From: Monocercomonoides exilis PA203
Lineage: Eukaryota > Protista > Preaxostyla
NCBI GenBank assembly: GCA_001643675.2
Contig: LSRY02000004.1
Span: 310,001 to 374,000, forward strand
Length of the DNA: 64,000 bases
Direction: 5' to 3'
The notes beneath the pieces are model-generated. The model did no database searches. It had not been told where the DNA came from and worked only from the letters and a program-made list of their open reading frames with translations. Made by a program: the position numbers and the translations under genes. Shown here piece after piece: positions 28,808-41,322 of this stretch (its first letter is position 1; each line of letters starts with the position of its first letter).

Positions 28808-30136
28808 TGTTGGAGTGGCTTGTGGTGAAATTGATCCAAATGAGAAAAAGTCAGCAGTATTTCCAGTTGAATATTCGGCATAAGAAGAAACGCCAAAATT
28901 AATAGCGATATCAGAAAAAACACGTTGTGTCCTGAATGTAACAGTCATTGACCATTAAAATGTTTCCACTGCAACTGGAGCTCTATCAGATGAAATGATG
29001 TTGATACATGTGAAATCTTCGAAAGATGAATTTCTGCAACGTTTTCTTGTCGATTCAGCTGAATATGCAATTTTTATTCATTTTTTTCATCCCTTTGCCT
29101 TCTCAACCGGTTTGATCTGGGTTCACAAACAAAAAATGAAAGGCCCTCTCAAAAAAGTTGTCATTCACCTTCCAAATTGAAGTTCAAAGAAATAGCGCAT
29201 CGCTCTTGCTGTTATGGAAATTTTATTTCTTCTTTATCTTCTTTGAGGCTATCTTATCTCTAACTCTATCAACTTCCTGAATTAAAATATACAAAAATTT
29301 TCATTAAACAATTACATCGAACATTTGAAACATTAATATTGCCGCATTACTGAATTGTTCAAATAGATAGGCTCGTTTTCCTCAATTAAAATTCATTATT
29401 CCATCCATTTTCAACGTTTTGGCAGTTGATTCTCTAGTCATTCCCTTTAGGCAGTCTTTTCACTCCCAAAATGAATTAGTATCCATTCCTTCTTTAAAAA
29501 AAGTTGGATTTATTCTTTTTTACTAATTCCACCTCTCTTATCCAATGGCAGGGTATGCTTCATCAGAAAAAGCCAAGATCCAATTCCCTTCAGATTCCTT
29601 CATCCTGTGCATCCATCAACAGTCCTCACTTCATGTCAATGATATTCTATCTTGATAAGCTGATTTTCTTCATTTGTTTATATATTGGATTTTTGATCTT
29701 TGAGAACGTCATAGAAGAATATATCTTCGAAATGGATGGAGATAAAAAAATGAACACACAGATATTATCACGCAAAAATAATTATGTTGTATTTCCTTTA
29801 TCATCCAATTTCCAAAATCAATAGACAAAATTTCATAATTATTTCATCTCCACATTGTCTGGTGGCATCACATGAAATGATATTTTTCATTTTGCAGCAA
29901 ATATTCATTCGTCAATCTCACTTCTCTCCAATGAACATTCATGTGTGAAGATTTTCTTTCGATCAAAGACTCCATAATAAACAAAGAAAAAAGATAAAGC
30001 GTTGCTGTTCCTCAATCTAACTTGGCAAAAGTGCCAATACGAAAAAGGGCAGTGTGGACACTTTTATTGCAATAGCTTTTTTGTGAGTTTATTTTCTCTA
30101 ATTTCTTCTTCCAAAACAAATGCAAATTTAATATGA

Positions 30137-31622
30137 ATGATGAAAATGGCTTTGTTTTCTGAATACATTATTTTTGAAAAAATACAGATGAAGAACATCG
30201 TGAATAAAACATTCGGTTTGCAGCTGTTGTTATATTTGATTTCTTGATTGAATGATTTTTTCAAAATTCACATTTACATCAGAGTTATTCTCTGAATTGG
30301 AACATTGCAATAACGATCAGCAAAAATGGAAAATAGAAGAAATGGATGGAATAATGAGAGAGATGAGTGAAGATGAATTAAATTCCGTTTTATCAGCAAG
30401 AATGTTGAATAAAATCTGTCAAATGATTGAAGAAAAGAAAATGTCGATGGAAAATGCAATTTTGTTGTTGAAATGCATTGGATATTGCACAATGCTAAAA
30501 AGAATTCGTGTTTATTGCTTCAATGATTCTTTAGTGAATAAAAGATTCAAGACTTTGATTGTTGATGAATACAAAAAAAAGGAAAAAAAGAATGAAAAGC
30601 TTCTTGTTGATTTTTGTGAATGCTATATTTCTCTTAGCATCTATTTTCCATCTGGATTGCTTTCAGTTTGCGTGCCTTGTCTTCAGAAAGTTGCATTTCA
30701 AAAAGAGGAAAACGAGGAAGCACAAAATGAAGTGGAAATGGCTTTGATGGCTTTGAGTAATGTTAAAAATTCTGTATGAGCATTTCTGTGATGATTTTGA
30801 CTTTTGTAATTTTTGCTTTTTATTTATCTGAATATTGTAATTTAAAAGGAGGTGAAAAAAGAACTTAGCTTGAATGAGATCACAGATATCATCGAATATC
30901 ATCAGGAACATCACAATTTGACGCATCTTGCATATCAATCTGCTTGGCAATTTTTGATCTTCAGATTCAACATGGAAAGAAGCTTGGAAGAAGTGATAGT
31001 GAATGAGCTGCATTTTGTTAGAGAGGCAGCAAGAGAATTAGAAGAGCTGAGAGAATGTGTGGATTGGAAGAGAAGAGAAAAGAAGAAAGGAGAAAAAGAA
31101 ATGAAAGAAGTACTAATAATTGGGAGATGGTTGGATGTTATTGTTCATTTTTTTCTCTCATGTCAATTGTGGAATGAAGAATTTTTTGGACTAATCGGTG
31201 GCATTGAAAGTGCATTCCAAAAAGCAAAAGGTGAACATAGAGGAATATGCAAGGAATGCATTTCTTCCTTTACAAATATTGAAAGGAACAGGGCAGTGAC
31301 AATTGAAGACTTACTGAAAGGCAGAGCTGTTGATGCTGTTGTGAAAGAGTTTCAGACGCAAACACTGAATAACGAAATGACATATGAATGCTTGACATTT
31401 CTAATGAGAGTTTTAAGGCGATTGAAAGAGGAAAAAGATGAAATGGGAGAAGAGAAAATAAACACTATCAAAAAGAAATTGTTTGAAAAGATGGAAGAGG
31501 AAGGACATGAAGATATAGCCATAAGTTTTTATGAAATACTTCATTTTTTTAAACGTCGATATGATAATGGATTATCGTTGGATATTTCTGATTATTTTGT
31601 GAATGTTCGAGAAAATGGTTAG
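30137..31622 (+). CDS. Lineage-specific alpha-helical family protein, copy 1 (introns 30216-30282 and 30774-30848; start uncertain)
   Basis: Open frames joined in phase by GT-AG introns. Shares ELEHC, CVPCL.KVA, EVEMAL, HLAYQSAW, NELHFVREA.RELEEL...VDWKR and KMEEEG.ED with the copy at 32612-33934. Confidence 0.75.
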
Positions 31623-32611
31623 AATTGAATTTTTCCAAACAAAAATTATATCTTTTTCTTTTTTATTCATTTCACAAAATGATAAAAAAAATTGAATAAT
31701 TTTTATTTTTATTTTAATTTTCTTTTTCATCAAATTCTCTAATAAAGCAAGTCAATCATGATTGAATTCTCTCTCCCTCTTTCTTTCTCTTTCTTCTTTC
31801 TCTTTATCACAGAAATCTTTTTTTGTTGTTCATCAAATTTTTTGTTTCATTTTCCTTCACTTCCATTCCATTCATAGTCTGAAAGAGACAGAAACCCAAT
31901 TAATAAGAGTTGCATCTTGTCTTTCTTGCTGAAATAGAATGAAGATGAAAAGAAAGATCACAATCATCGAAATGAAGAAAGATTATGTTTGAATATGTGA
32001 GTAAGAGCGTGAAAATGAGGTAGAATGAAACGAAAAAGTTGAAACAAAAGATGAAAATGAACAGACTGAATGAAATAAATGAGATATGTGTTTTTTTTCT
32101 TTCTTCTTCCTTTTTTCCTTGTCTTTTGCGCTTGCGGATAATGCGAAGAAGGCAGTGGAGATGGAGAAACTGTTGGAGAAGAAGAAGAAGGTGATTGAGG
32201 AGGAGAAGGAGAAAGAGAAGAAGAAAAAGAAGAAGAAGGAGAAGAAGGAGATGAAGAAGACGAAGACGAAAATGAAGATGAAGATGATGCTTGATGAAAT
32301 GGAGATGGATGATATGAAAAAATGTGAATGAAGAATAACATTCTCGTGAAGCCAAAGTGAAGATGAAAATGGGTAAATGAATGAAATTATTTAAAAATTC
32401 AGATTTTTTTGAAGATTCTTCGTGTCTAACTGAAAACGTGACTTCAAAACAAAATCACTTCTTTTTCTCGTTTTCCTTTTCATTTTCTCGTTTGCCGTTG
32501 TATGTTTCTTCATTTCTTCTTCTTTTATGAGATGACGATCAAAGGAAAAGAAATGAATTGAAGATTTGCTTTTCAAACTTAAAAGATAATCATATGAATT
32601 TTCTGGTAAAT

Positions 32612-33934
32612 TCAAATATCATATATATTCACATAATCTTTAGAAATTGTATGAAAGCTTGTGAAAATATCTTCATATCCTTCTTCTTCCATCTTTTCAA
32701 GCAACTTTCTTTTCGTCTCTTTTCGTTTTGCTTCCTCCAATTCATTTTTCGTCTTCATCTTAATTTTTTCGCAGATGTAGTCGAAAAACGATAAACATTC
32801 ATAAAATAAGTTATCTATTGAATCTAATTGGACAATTGCCTCCAAAGTTATATCAATAGCTCCTCCTTTCAACAGCGCATCATCATCCATAGCCATATTT
32901 CCCGCTGCATTTCCTAATAAAAAAATACAATATTTACTAATTTCTTTGTATTTTTCCTTTGCCGCTCGAAATACACTCACAATGATGAAGATAAGCCCAG
33001 AATGCTCTTCATCCCACGATGAAATTGAGATCAAATACCTATCAATTACAGAAAGCCACATCTCAACGTTGTTAACTTCTTTCACTTTTTCCTCTTCTTT
33101 TCTTTTCCAATTCACACTTCTTGTCAGCTCCTCCAATTCTTTTGCAGCCTCTCTCACAAATAACAACTCATTAGCAATCACATCTTCCAAATTTCCATTC
33201 CAAAATAAACGATCTGTCAAAAATTTCCAAGCAAAGCGATATGCAAGTTGAGTAAGATGCTGATGCTTTTGATGATATTGGATGATCTCTTTGATCTCAT
33301 TCAAATAAAACTTTTCTGGAATTTTCTTATTAAAAATTAGGGGGTGTGGAAAGCCGGAAAATAATGAAAAACAAATAAATTCATTTTTACGAACCTTCCA
33401 ATATTTAAAACAGCTCAAGTGAAGCAAGGCCATTTCCACTTCTTTTTGTGTTTCTTCGCTTCCATCTTTGTTCAATGCAACTTTCAAAAGGCAGGGAATA
33501 CAGATTGAATGCAATTCCGGGGGGAAGTCGTAGCTGTGAGCAATATAGCATTCGCAAAGATCAACCATAAATTTATCATCCATCATTTCTTTTTTCTTCC
33601 CTTCTTTAGCAATCATCTTTTGAATTCTTTCTTTCAACAAAGATAAATCAAAACTGTTATTCCACATACGTGAAAGCACTCTGTAATATCCTATTTGTTT
33701 CAATAAATAAATAGCATTTTTCAATTGCGTTTTCCTCTCTTCAATCATACTGTTTATTCTGTTGAACAGTTTTTTAGAAAAAATGGACTTAAAATCTTCT
33801 TTCTTCATTTCCTTCAAAATTCCGTTAATAATAAGGATTTTTTGCTTTCGTTCAGTTTCCGTGCAGTGCTCCAACTCAACAAGCAATTCTTCAATTGTAT
33901 TGCCTATATCAGTTGTACCTATTTTGTTTGTCAT
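32612..33934 (-). CDS. Lineage-specific alpha-helical family protein, copy 2 (probable in-frame intron 33326-33394)
   Basis: 440-aa ORF paralogous to copy 1. A 69-nt GT...CTAAT...AG segment lies at the position of the second intron in copy 1. Confidence 0.8.
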   Translation of the reverse strand: MTNKIGTTDIGNTIEELLVELEHCTETERKQKILIINGILKEMKKEDFKSIFSKKLFNRINSMIEERKTQLKNAIYLLKQIGYYRVLSRMWNNSFDLSLLKERIQKMIAKEGKKKEMMDDKFMVDLCECYIAHSYDFPPELHSICIPCLLKVALNKDGSEETQKEVEMALLHLSCFKYWKVRKNEFICFSLFSGFPHPLIFNKKIPEKFYLNEIKEIIQYHQKHQHLTQLAYRFAWKFLTDRLFWNGNLEDVIANELLFVREAAKELEELTRSVNWKRKEEEKVKEVNNVEMWLSVIDRYLISISSWDEEHSGLIFIIVSVFRAAKEKYKEISKYCIFLLGNAAGNMAMDDDALLKGGAIDITLEAIVQLDSIDNLFYECLSFFDYICEKIKMKTKNELEEAKRKETKRKLLEKMEEEGYEDIFTSFHTISKDYVNIYDI

Positions 33935-34180
33935 ATGTTCTTCTCAATTCTTCAATGAGACATCTTTCAAAAGTTGAATAAAAAACTGTAAATGGAAAAA
34001 ATGAAGTTGCTAAATAAAATTTGCACTTGTCAAATGTCAATGTTAAAAAAACGAAATTTTTCTTATAAAAATCCTTCTATTTTGGTTATCATGATCGAGT
34101 TGCACTTTGTGGACAAAATTGCAAATACACGCATTTCGAAAAGATCAAAGAAAATTTTAAACAAACCAATAAACCTTTGG

Positions 34181-34690
34181 GGTAAATGCAGAAAACAGGG
34201 GTACCAAAATTATTTCATTGTTTTGTAAGATATTACATTAAAAATCTAATTCCCATTTATTCATGTGTTGCCTATAAATTACATATCAAATTAGAAAATT
34301 ATGAAGGAAATATGAAACAAACAATTTCGTATTCCAATTTATTTTCTAGTTTTTCAATGTTTTGTTCCATTTTATAAATTAGATATGAAAAAGAAAAATT
34401 TAACTATTACCGTCAAATACCTAGAAGCAGGACGTAATATCATGCTTGTCAATGGTGTAACATTTAAAGAAGATTTTGGAGTTGTGATAGCCATGATGCT
34501 TCAAAATTATTTCTTAAGTCAGTATTTTGGGTTTCTTTTTTCCATGAATAATATATTGATACACACTACATTTTCTTTTAACCTAAAGAATTGTTATTAT
34601 TTATCTTATAAATAGCATGTGGCTTGATTATAATACAGGATGAATGATTAAAATTAAGATTTTTAGGTACACCTATTTTCTGCTCTTACC
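34181..34690. mobile_element. MITE-like element A (~510 bp, ~25-30-bp imperfect TIRs)
   Basis: GGTAAATGCAGAAAACAGGGGTACC at 34181 versus right-end reverse complement GGTAAGAGCAGAAAATAGGTGTACC. Non-coding interior, no clear TSD. Confidence 0.7.
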
Positions 34691-34698
34691 GAAATATA

Positions 34699-35465
34699 CA
34701 CCAAAAATTATTCAACATCGAAAAAGTTTAATTCAAGATCGAAATTAATTATTCGAAATCGGAAAACTTTAATTCGAAATCGAAAATATTTAATTCAAGA
34801 TCGAAAATTCTTTATCATAAAAAAAATACGAAAAAAATATAAAAATACGCACTCATGTCAGTTTCTTTTCTTTCAGTTATCGATCTGAGAAATTTGACAG
34901 TTTCAATTTGAAAAATATTTTTTGATGTTTTTTTTTGGTGTTTGGTTGAGTGAAACAGTGCAAATAGGATAAAACTGAGTTATTATTAAACTTATCACAT
35001 GTGTTCAAAAGATTACAAGGAATTTATGAAAAAAACAAAAGTGATAGGAAAGTTCATAATCTTGTTTTGTGCACAAAAGGACAAAATTTCATCTCATTTA
35101 TTGAATACGAAATGTTTTGAATTTCTTTTATTGCAATGGAAACTGATAAAATATAACATTTTCAATTTTCAAAATGAGAAAAGAATCGATTGATATCAGT
35201 CTTTATCATAGAAAACAGTAGTTAAATACGTAAGAAAAACATTTCCAACAAAAAAACAAATGCAATTTTCAACATTTGTTTCAATAAAATACCCTTGGTA
35301 TTGACTTGAATTGAAATTCTGAACAAACGAACTTCTTTTTCGATTTCAAATTAACCTTTTTCGATTTCGAATAAAAGTTTTCCGATTTTAAATAATTAAT
35401 TTTGATATTGAATTTACCTATTTCGATTTTGAATAATAATCTTCGATATTGAATAATTTTTGGTG
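34699..35465. mobile_element. Non-autonomous element B with CACC...GGTG termini and inverted arrays of ~20-21-bp subterminal repeats
   Basis: Both ends read CACCAAAAATTATTCAA(C/T)ATCGAA inward, followed by 5-6 units resembling ATTC(A/G)A(A/G)ATCGAAA. Arrays at 34699-34810 and ~35335-35465. Confidence 0.8.
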
Positions 35466-35472
35466 GAATGCA

Positions 35473-35847
35473 GGACATCGCAAAAAATACCGGACAAAAT
35501 TAATTTCACAATAACTGCAAAAGTAATAATTCTGCAAAATTTCCTCAAAATACATGTCAACGATACAAACTCATTTGATAAACGAGACTTTCAAAATAGC
35601 CTCATTTGCGCTCAAAAAAAATATTTTTTTAATCTCGGAGAAATAGGATTTTGAGTTTCTCCGAGATTTTAATAATAATTTATTTCTGAGCACAAATAAA
35701 GCTGAAGTGAAGTCTTGCATGTCACGTGAGTTTGTGTTGATGAGATATATTTTGAGGAAAATTGTCTGAATTATTCCTCATGCGGTTGTTGAGAAATCGA
35801 TCTTGTCCGGTATTTTGTGCGATGTCCAGTATTTTTTGCGATATCTG
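35473..35847. mobile_element. Foldback/MITE element C: near whole-length imperfect palindrome
   Basis: Arms of ~170 bp (GGACATCGCA.AAAATACCGGACA...AATCTCGGAGAAA) flank a 12-nt loop at 35644-35655. The right end reads TA|CAGATATCGCAAAAAATAC on the minus strand, which is Tc1/mariner-like. Confidence 0.8.
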
Positions 35848-36630
35848 TAATTCCAAAAGCCAAAGAAAGAAAAGAAAAAAATCAGATGTGTTATTTAGGC
35901 TCATTCATCACTTTTCAATGTTCATTTTTGAATATTCAATTTAAATATTCAAACAGAAATATTTCTTAGAAAAAATTTGATTTCAAAAATTATCTTCCAT
36001 CTTAAATAATTAAGATGAGATTTATGTTTATCATTGATGGGCAAAAATCATCACCTTTAATAAGGATAACTTATCAATAATATCATGATGACATTAGATA
36101 AAATGTGAAATAAATTGATCATTTCATATTATTTGAGTTGTTTCAAGTTTCAGCCACGAATTTCAAATTGGCCCAGTTATTTTGAAATAACCGAGAAAAA
36201 CTTAAATCTACTGGACGTTTTTGAAAAATCATTGAATTGAAATGTTTCTGATAAAATTATGGATGTGACCATGCTTTAAAATGTTTTTGTTTATATAATT
36301 TAATTTCAAAAATTCGAATGTTTTCATTTTAAGTTTAAAAAAAATAAGTGAGAAAACTTTGTTTGTTTCATCCTCAATTTTTTGAAATTGAATTTTTAAT
36401 AGAAGATATATTTAATGTTTCTTTCATAACACTGTTTGTATTTATTTAATCTGAAGAAAAATCTTGAATATTGACTTCCTCATGTTTTTATATCAATTTT
36501 CAAATTATTTTATTCAAAATCGCAAAATGATGAAAATTTTTATAAAAAATACTAAAAATTTCATCAGAATCAAAAGTTAATCGCTTCATAAAACTGAATC
36601 GTTGATCACATTTTGTGGAATGTCAAAGTT

Positions 36631-38506
36631 TTATTGATTGAAGCTTTTTCTCACTCGTTTCCTTTCTGTATCCGCTCTCATGTTTATTTCCCTTATCTTC
36701 TTTCGCTCTATCTCCTTTATTGAAGAAAAGGTAATTTCTTTATTAAAAAAAGTTCCATCTTCTTCAGTCAAGCAGTGGGAATCGATAACAACGTTTGTCA
36801 ACCAACATGCAATCTTTGCATCCATTGAGAGATTTTCTTTTCCTCCTGTGTATTTATCTGAAAGTCGAAGCCATAACCTTTTCATCCTTCCAAAGAACCA
36901 CTCAACAGGGATTCTATTTCTGGCCAATATAGAATTAAACATTTTGATATTTTCTTCCACTTTTCCGGAAGACAATGTGGAGGAGGAAGCTTCGTACGGA
37001 AATTGATTAACGCTAAGCAAAGAGTCATCTGTATTTGCATGTGACATTGCAGATAATGAGTCTGTGGATGACATTGCAGAAGCAGAAGAGGAAGAATAAG
37101 ATGGCAAAGAAGAAGAAGAAGAAGAAAGAGAAGAAGAAGAAAATGGAGATGAAGAAGGTGATGAAGAAGAAGAGGAGGAGGAGAAAAGAGAAGCACAAGA
37201 ATTGAAATAATGAGAATTGATTTTCGGCAACTTGTTTGTTGGGTAATTCTTTCGGATTGGCGTAATTATTTTCAGCTCGGGAAAATAGCCTTGATATCCT
37301 TTGTCGGCAAGAATGGCCCAATTTTTACTTTCATAATGAATACAACTTCCGCTTTTTTCCTTGTCTGTTTTCAAGAGATACCATATGTCTCTTTTCATCC
37401 CTTGTCTGAAAAGAGACACATCATGTTTTCCTCCTGCAACAGCGTCTGACACAAACAGTGCGTTGTGTGGAGGCCATGCTGAAACGGCCACTTCGAACTT
37501 CATTCAATAAACATAATGTTGACCATCAAAAAGTTGATTTGAGTCGTCATATGCTTTTGGTGGGCAAGGAACTTTCACTGTCGCAGCATCTACCAACAAA
37601 GCAACAGATGGAAAATCTCTGCATGGGAAAAAAGGAGGCATTGGAGGCTTTTAAAAGACATTCTTTTAACGGTGATAAATTATATTTTATTTCATCAAAA
37701 CAGTGAGATGCCGTTGTGCTCGATATTTTCTAAACTTCATCAATCTTTTTCATATCAGTTCTTCTTGAAAGCCAATAAAGATAGATAATTATCTGATCGT
37801 GGACTGTTGGTGTCTTTCGCGGTCACATCTTTGGAACAGTTCTCTCTTCAGATTTGACAAGATTGCTAAGTTCTATCAAAAACATTGTCGGCAAACTGAA
37901 TTGTTCATCAGTGTAGTCGTCAGTTAATAATGAAAACAATTCACCAAACGATTCTTCTTCTTCCTCATCTTCTTCAAGAGATTGGACTTCACTTTTTTCA
38001 ATACGAGAAATCTGAATTTCCCTTCTTATTTGGAGTGTTTTGAAATCAGGATGCTTTTTTGCTTTCTTGGTTCTTTTTTCATTTGACATTTTCATTTGCA
38101 ATGGGGAAGAAGAGCTTGACGAATTTAATGTTTGGGACGGAGATGATTGAAATGTTTTTGGTATTCGATGTGAAGAATCGATACAATCAGTTTCATCATC
38201 GCTGTGCAAATTTTCTGTCAGTGAATTGTGAAAAAATTGATCGCAACTTTTTTTTTCTTTTTGAGGAACCACTTCAGTGTGATCAGACGAAGAGATTGTA
38301 TTTTTATAACTCAAAACGAAACATGTTTGATTTCCTTCCAATTCTGCTGTTTCAAAATGAGAATTTGATGAAGAAGTTTCTTTTTGTTTGCTTGAGCTGA
38401 AAACATTCACAAAGAAAGTATAAAAAGTTCTGAAGAATTGAAAGCGCAAACCTTTCATTTCTGTGATCATTGCTAGCACATCCTGATCCAAAGAATACTG
38501 TTCCAT
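36631..38506 (-). pseudogene. Decayed DDE_Tnp_4 (IS5/ISL2EU/Harbinger-like) transposase with an upstream HTH-like region
   Basis: Motifs LLVDA.TV, FDGQH...MKFEV.V, GGKHD, ILADKGYQG, ITPIRK and N..LARNRIPVEWFFGRMK. Stops and frameshifts between ~37500 and 37825. TIRs not found. Confidence 0.8.
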
Positions 38507-40866
38507 TGAGACAAGTTGGATATGTTTCCATGATAAGTTTTTCGATAATAGAAATAAAGGGAGGTTTTTCCGGGAATATTGATAATTAAGAAACAGAAAT
38601 GAAAGTTTTTTGTGATATAGTTATATAAGTTGGAAACAAGAATAAAGAATTGATAAAAAGAATTTAGAATTTTTTATTTAATTGAATATCAATAGATATT
38701 TCAAAGCAATAAAAATCTTTGTTTCAATAACGTATAATGATTAACAAGATATACAGAATTAATCCTTGGAAATGAATTATTTGAATTTCAAACAGATTCT
38801 AATAATTCAACACAAACAAAAATTTATGTTTTATGTTATTCAATTCCACAGCGAGTTGTTGTTCACAAGGTGACGTTAATGAATCTCTGAACTTCCATTA
38901 TAAATGTTAAAAAATCCCATCAATTTCAAGCGCTAACAAAGGGTGTATTTGTGATTCGCATTTTGGAAATATGATAACTACGGATGAGTTTCAGAACAAG
39001 AAATGAACATGAAGATAAGAATCAAATGATATTCATAGTTTTGAATTCATAATTTTCAAAAAAACACTTTTGATTTTTTCTCTGCAAGCTTTGAGATGAA
39101 ATACGCTCTTTATCAACAGTTCAAAAAATGAGCAAGTTAAATAACAAAAAAAAAAACAGCACTGACAACACAAATAACATAAATACAACCTTGTATTGAT
39201 TGTTCAAACATTATTGAAATTTTAATTATCCATGAAGAAAGTCTAAGAATAAATATATTCCAGTTGTTCTTGTGAGAATTGCATTGTGCTTATTTTTGAA
39301 CATTCATGTGTTCCTAAAGTTATTTCTGTCAATCATAACTTGCGCAATTCAATCATTAAAGAACGATTGTTCAAAAACGAATAGAATGAGCAGATAACGA
39401 TTTCCCATAATTGAAGCAATTCTGATCCATCATATAACAAATGTATTTTAATTATATTTTTTTCTGATTCATTATATTGAAATGGAATCATCTTTGAAGA
39501 TCAACGATTTTGTTTTCATTCAATGTGATACATTTTTTATTTCACAACATTCATTTATCGTTTGACATTCTTCTTTTTATAATGATTTTGTTTTAAAATG
39601 AATAAATAACACATTATTTCATTTCCAAAAGTTGTAATTCTTTGGAATGTTTCAAAAAAGAAAGAAAACACTTTTTGCAATCGTTTATTTTTTCGAAAAA
39701 ACATGATTGATTTTTATTTTCTTGTGAAAGTTCAAAATGATAAGTTTCACATCTCATTTTTGAAACATGTTGTTTTAATGAATTTTTGAAGATGTCCAAT
39801 TCTTTAATAAACTGGCATATTTTTTATTTCAGTTTTTGAACAGACGATTATTAATAAAAAATATCCCTTCAAAATTCATTCATTCGAAAGTTCTTCTAAA
39901 ACCAAATGAAAAGAAAATTTTAAAAACAATTCACTCAATGAAAAACAAATTAGTATTTAGTCACTTGAATAAAAAACAAAGAAAAAACAATCAATTTGCC
40001 AACAAAACTCCATCCACATATATGCAGTCTTCATACATATCTTCTTTCATCTTTTTCAATAACCATCTATTCGGAACTTTTTGTTTTGCGTTGAGGCTTT
40101 CATTCTCCGTCTTTTCTTTCAGCATTTCACAAAGATTTCTCATAAGCTTTAATTCATCCGCAAGTCACGCTTTTGCTCCATCTGTTCAAATCATTTCCTC
40201 CAAAACTGCATCAACGACAACTCAAATTACTGACATGACTTCAGCTTCAGATCTTAATTATCCGCTGCGCCTTGAATAAAATTCATGCGTTGCTTGCTGA
40301 TTTCTCCATCGTTCCACTTCACTTCTATGAATTCCCTCGCAATGATGCACAAAAGCACTCCAAATTCTTCATTCTTCTCACAACATTAGTGGACATCCGG
40401 CTTCAATGCAACGATCCATCTCGATGATAATCTTGTCTTCTTTTTCCCCCTTTCGCTTTTCCCTTCCTCTTCCAATCCACTCGTTTCATCAGCTCTTCCA
40501 GCTCTCTTGTTGCTTCTCCTGCAAAATGCAATTCGTTCACAATGAACCTCTTTGGGCATGTGTCATTAATCCATCTGCACATCAAAAACATCCAAGCTGA
40601 TTGACAGGCGAGTTTGATTAGGTTGAGATTTTCCTAACGAAATTGAATGATTTCTGTCATCTCCTTCAAATGCTATTCTTGTTCAACATGCCTTTCAACA
40701 ACCAGAAAATAATCAATAAATGAACAAAAATAAATTCAATTACAAACTTTCCACATATAAAAATTGCTCAATTTCAGCTTTGATAATTCCATCTCTTTTT
40801 CAGTTTAATTATTTTCTTCTTTCTTCAAAGGAAACTATCAAAAAACGAACCTCGCAAATAAATATA

Positions 40867-41316
40867 CAGTCAAAACCGGATATAATCACATCGGTTTTTG
40901 CAGGACTTTTTGTGACTATATCCGATTGTGATTATAAGTGATGTGACTTAACACAGAAAAAAATGAAATTTTATTTTTAAAATAATTAATTTTGGGTCAA
41001 TTTTTTTATTTTTGAAAAAACTTGACAAATACACATTTTTCAATAGAAATAACATTTTTTATTGTTTTATTATGTTATTCAGACTTATTTTAACATTATT
41101 TTGAAAAATCGATTTTTTGAAAATTTAGATCAAAAAACCGATTTTTCATTGAAAAAATCACCCATTATAATTTAAAATGTGATTATATATTTACAGCCCT
41201 GTGATTATATTCGATGGAAAATGAATGAAAAATAGGCCAAAATTTTCGGTGCATGGAAAAATGTGACTATAAACGAATGTGATTATATTCGACGTGATTA
41301 TATCCGGTTTGGACTG
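40867..41316. mobile_element. pogo/Tigger-like MITE D, copy 1 (450 bp, TA-flanked)
   Basis: TA|CAGTCAAAACCGGATATAATCAC ... GTGATTATATCCGGTTTGGACTG|TA. Confidence 0.9.
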
Positions 41317-41322
41317 TATATA

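Noticed and set aside
28450-30050. Possible decayed coding sequence on the minus strand, with a short (CATACA)n repeat near 28775-28805
   Set aside because: No sustained frame or recognisable motif, so it cannot be assigned.
31900-32355. Short K/E/M-rich and S-rich ORFs between the paired family genes
   Set aside because: A low-complexity GAA/GAT tract with no supporting gene structure.
34699-35465. CRISPR-like appearance of the ~21-bp repeats
   Set aside because: There are no unique spacers, the repeats are degenerate and inverted between two arms, there are no cas genes, and the context is eukaryotic.
36000-39000. TIRs delimiting the DDE_Tnp_4 element
   Set aside because: No convincing inverted pair was found by eye.
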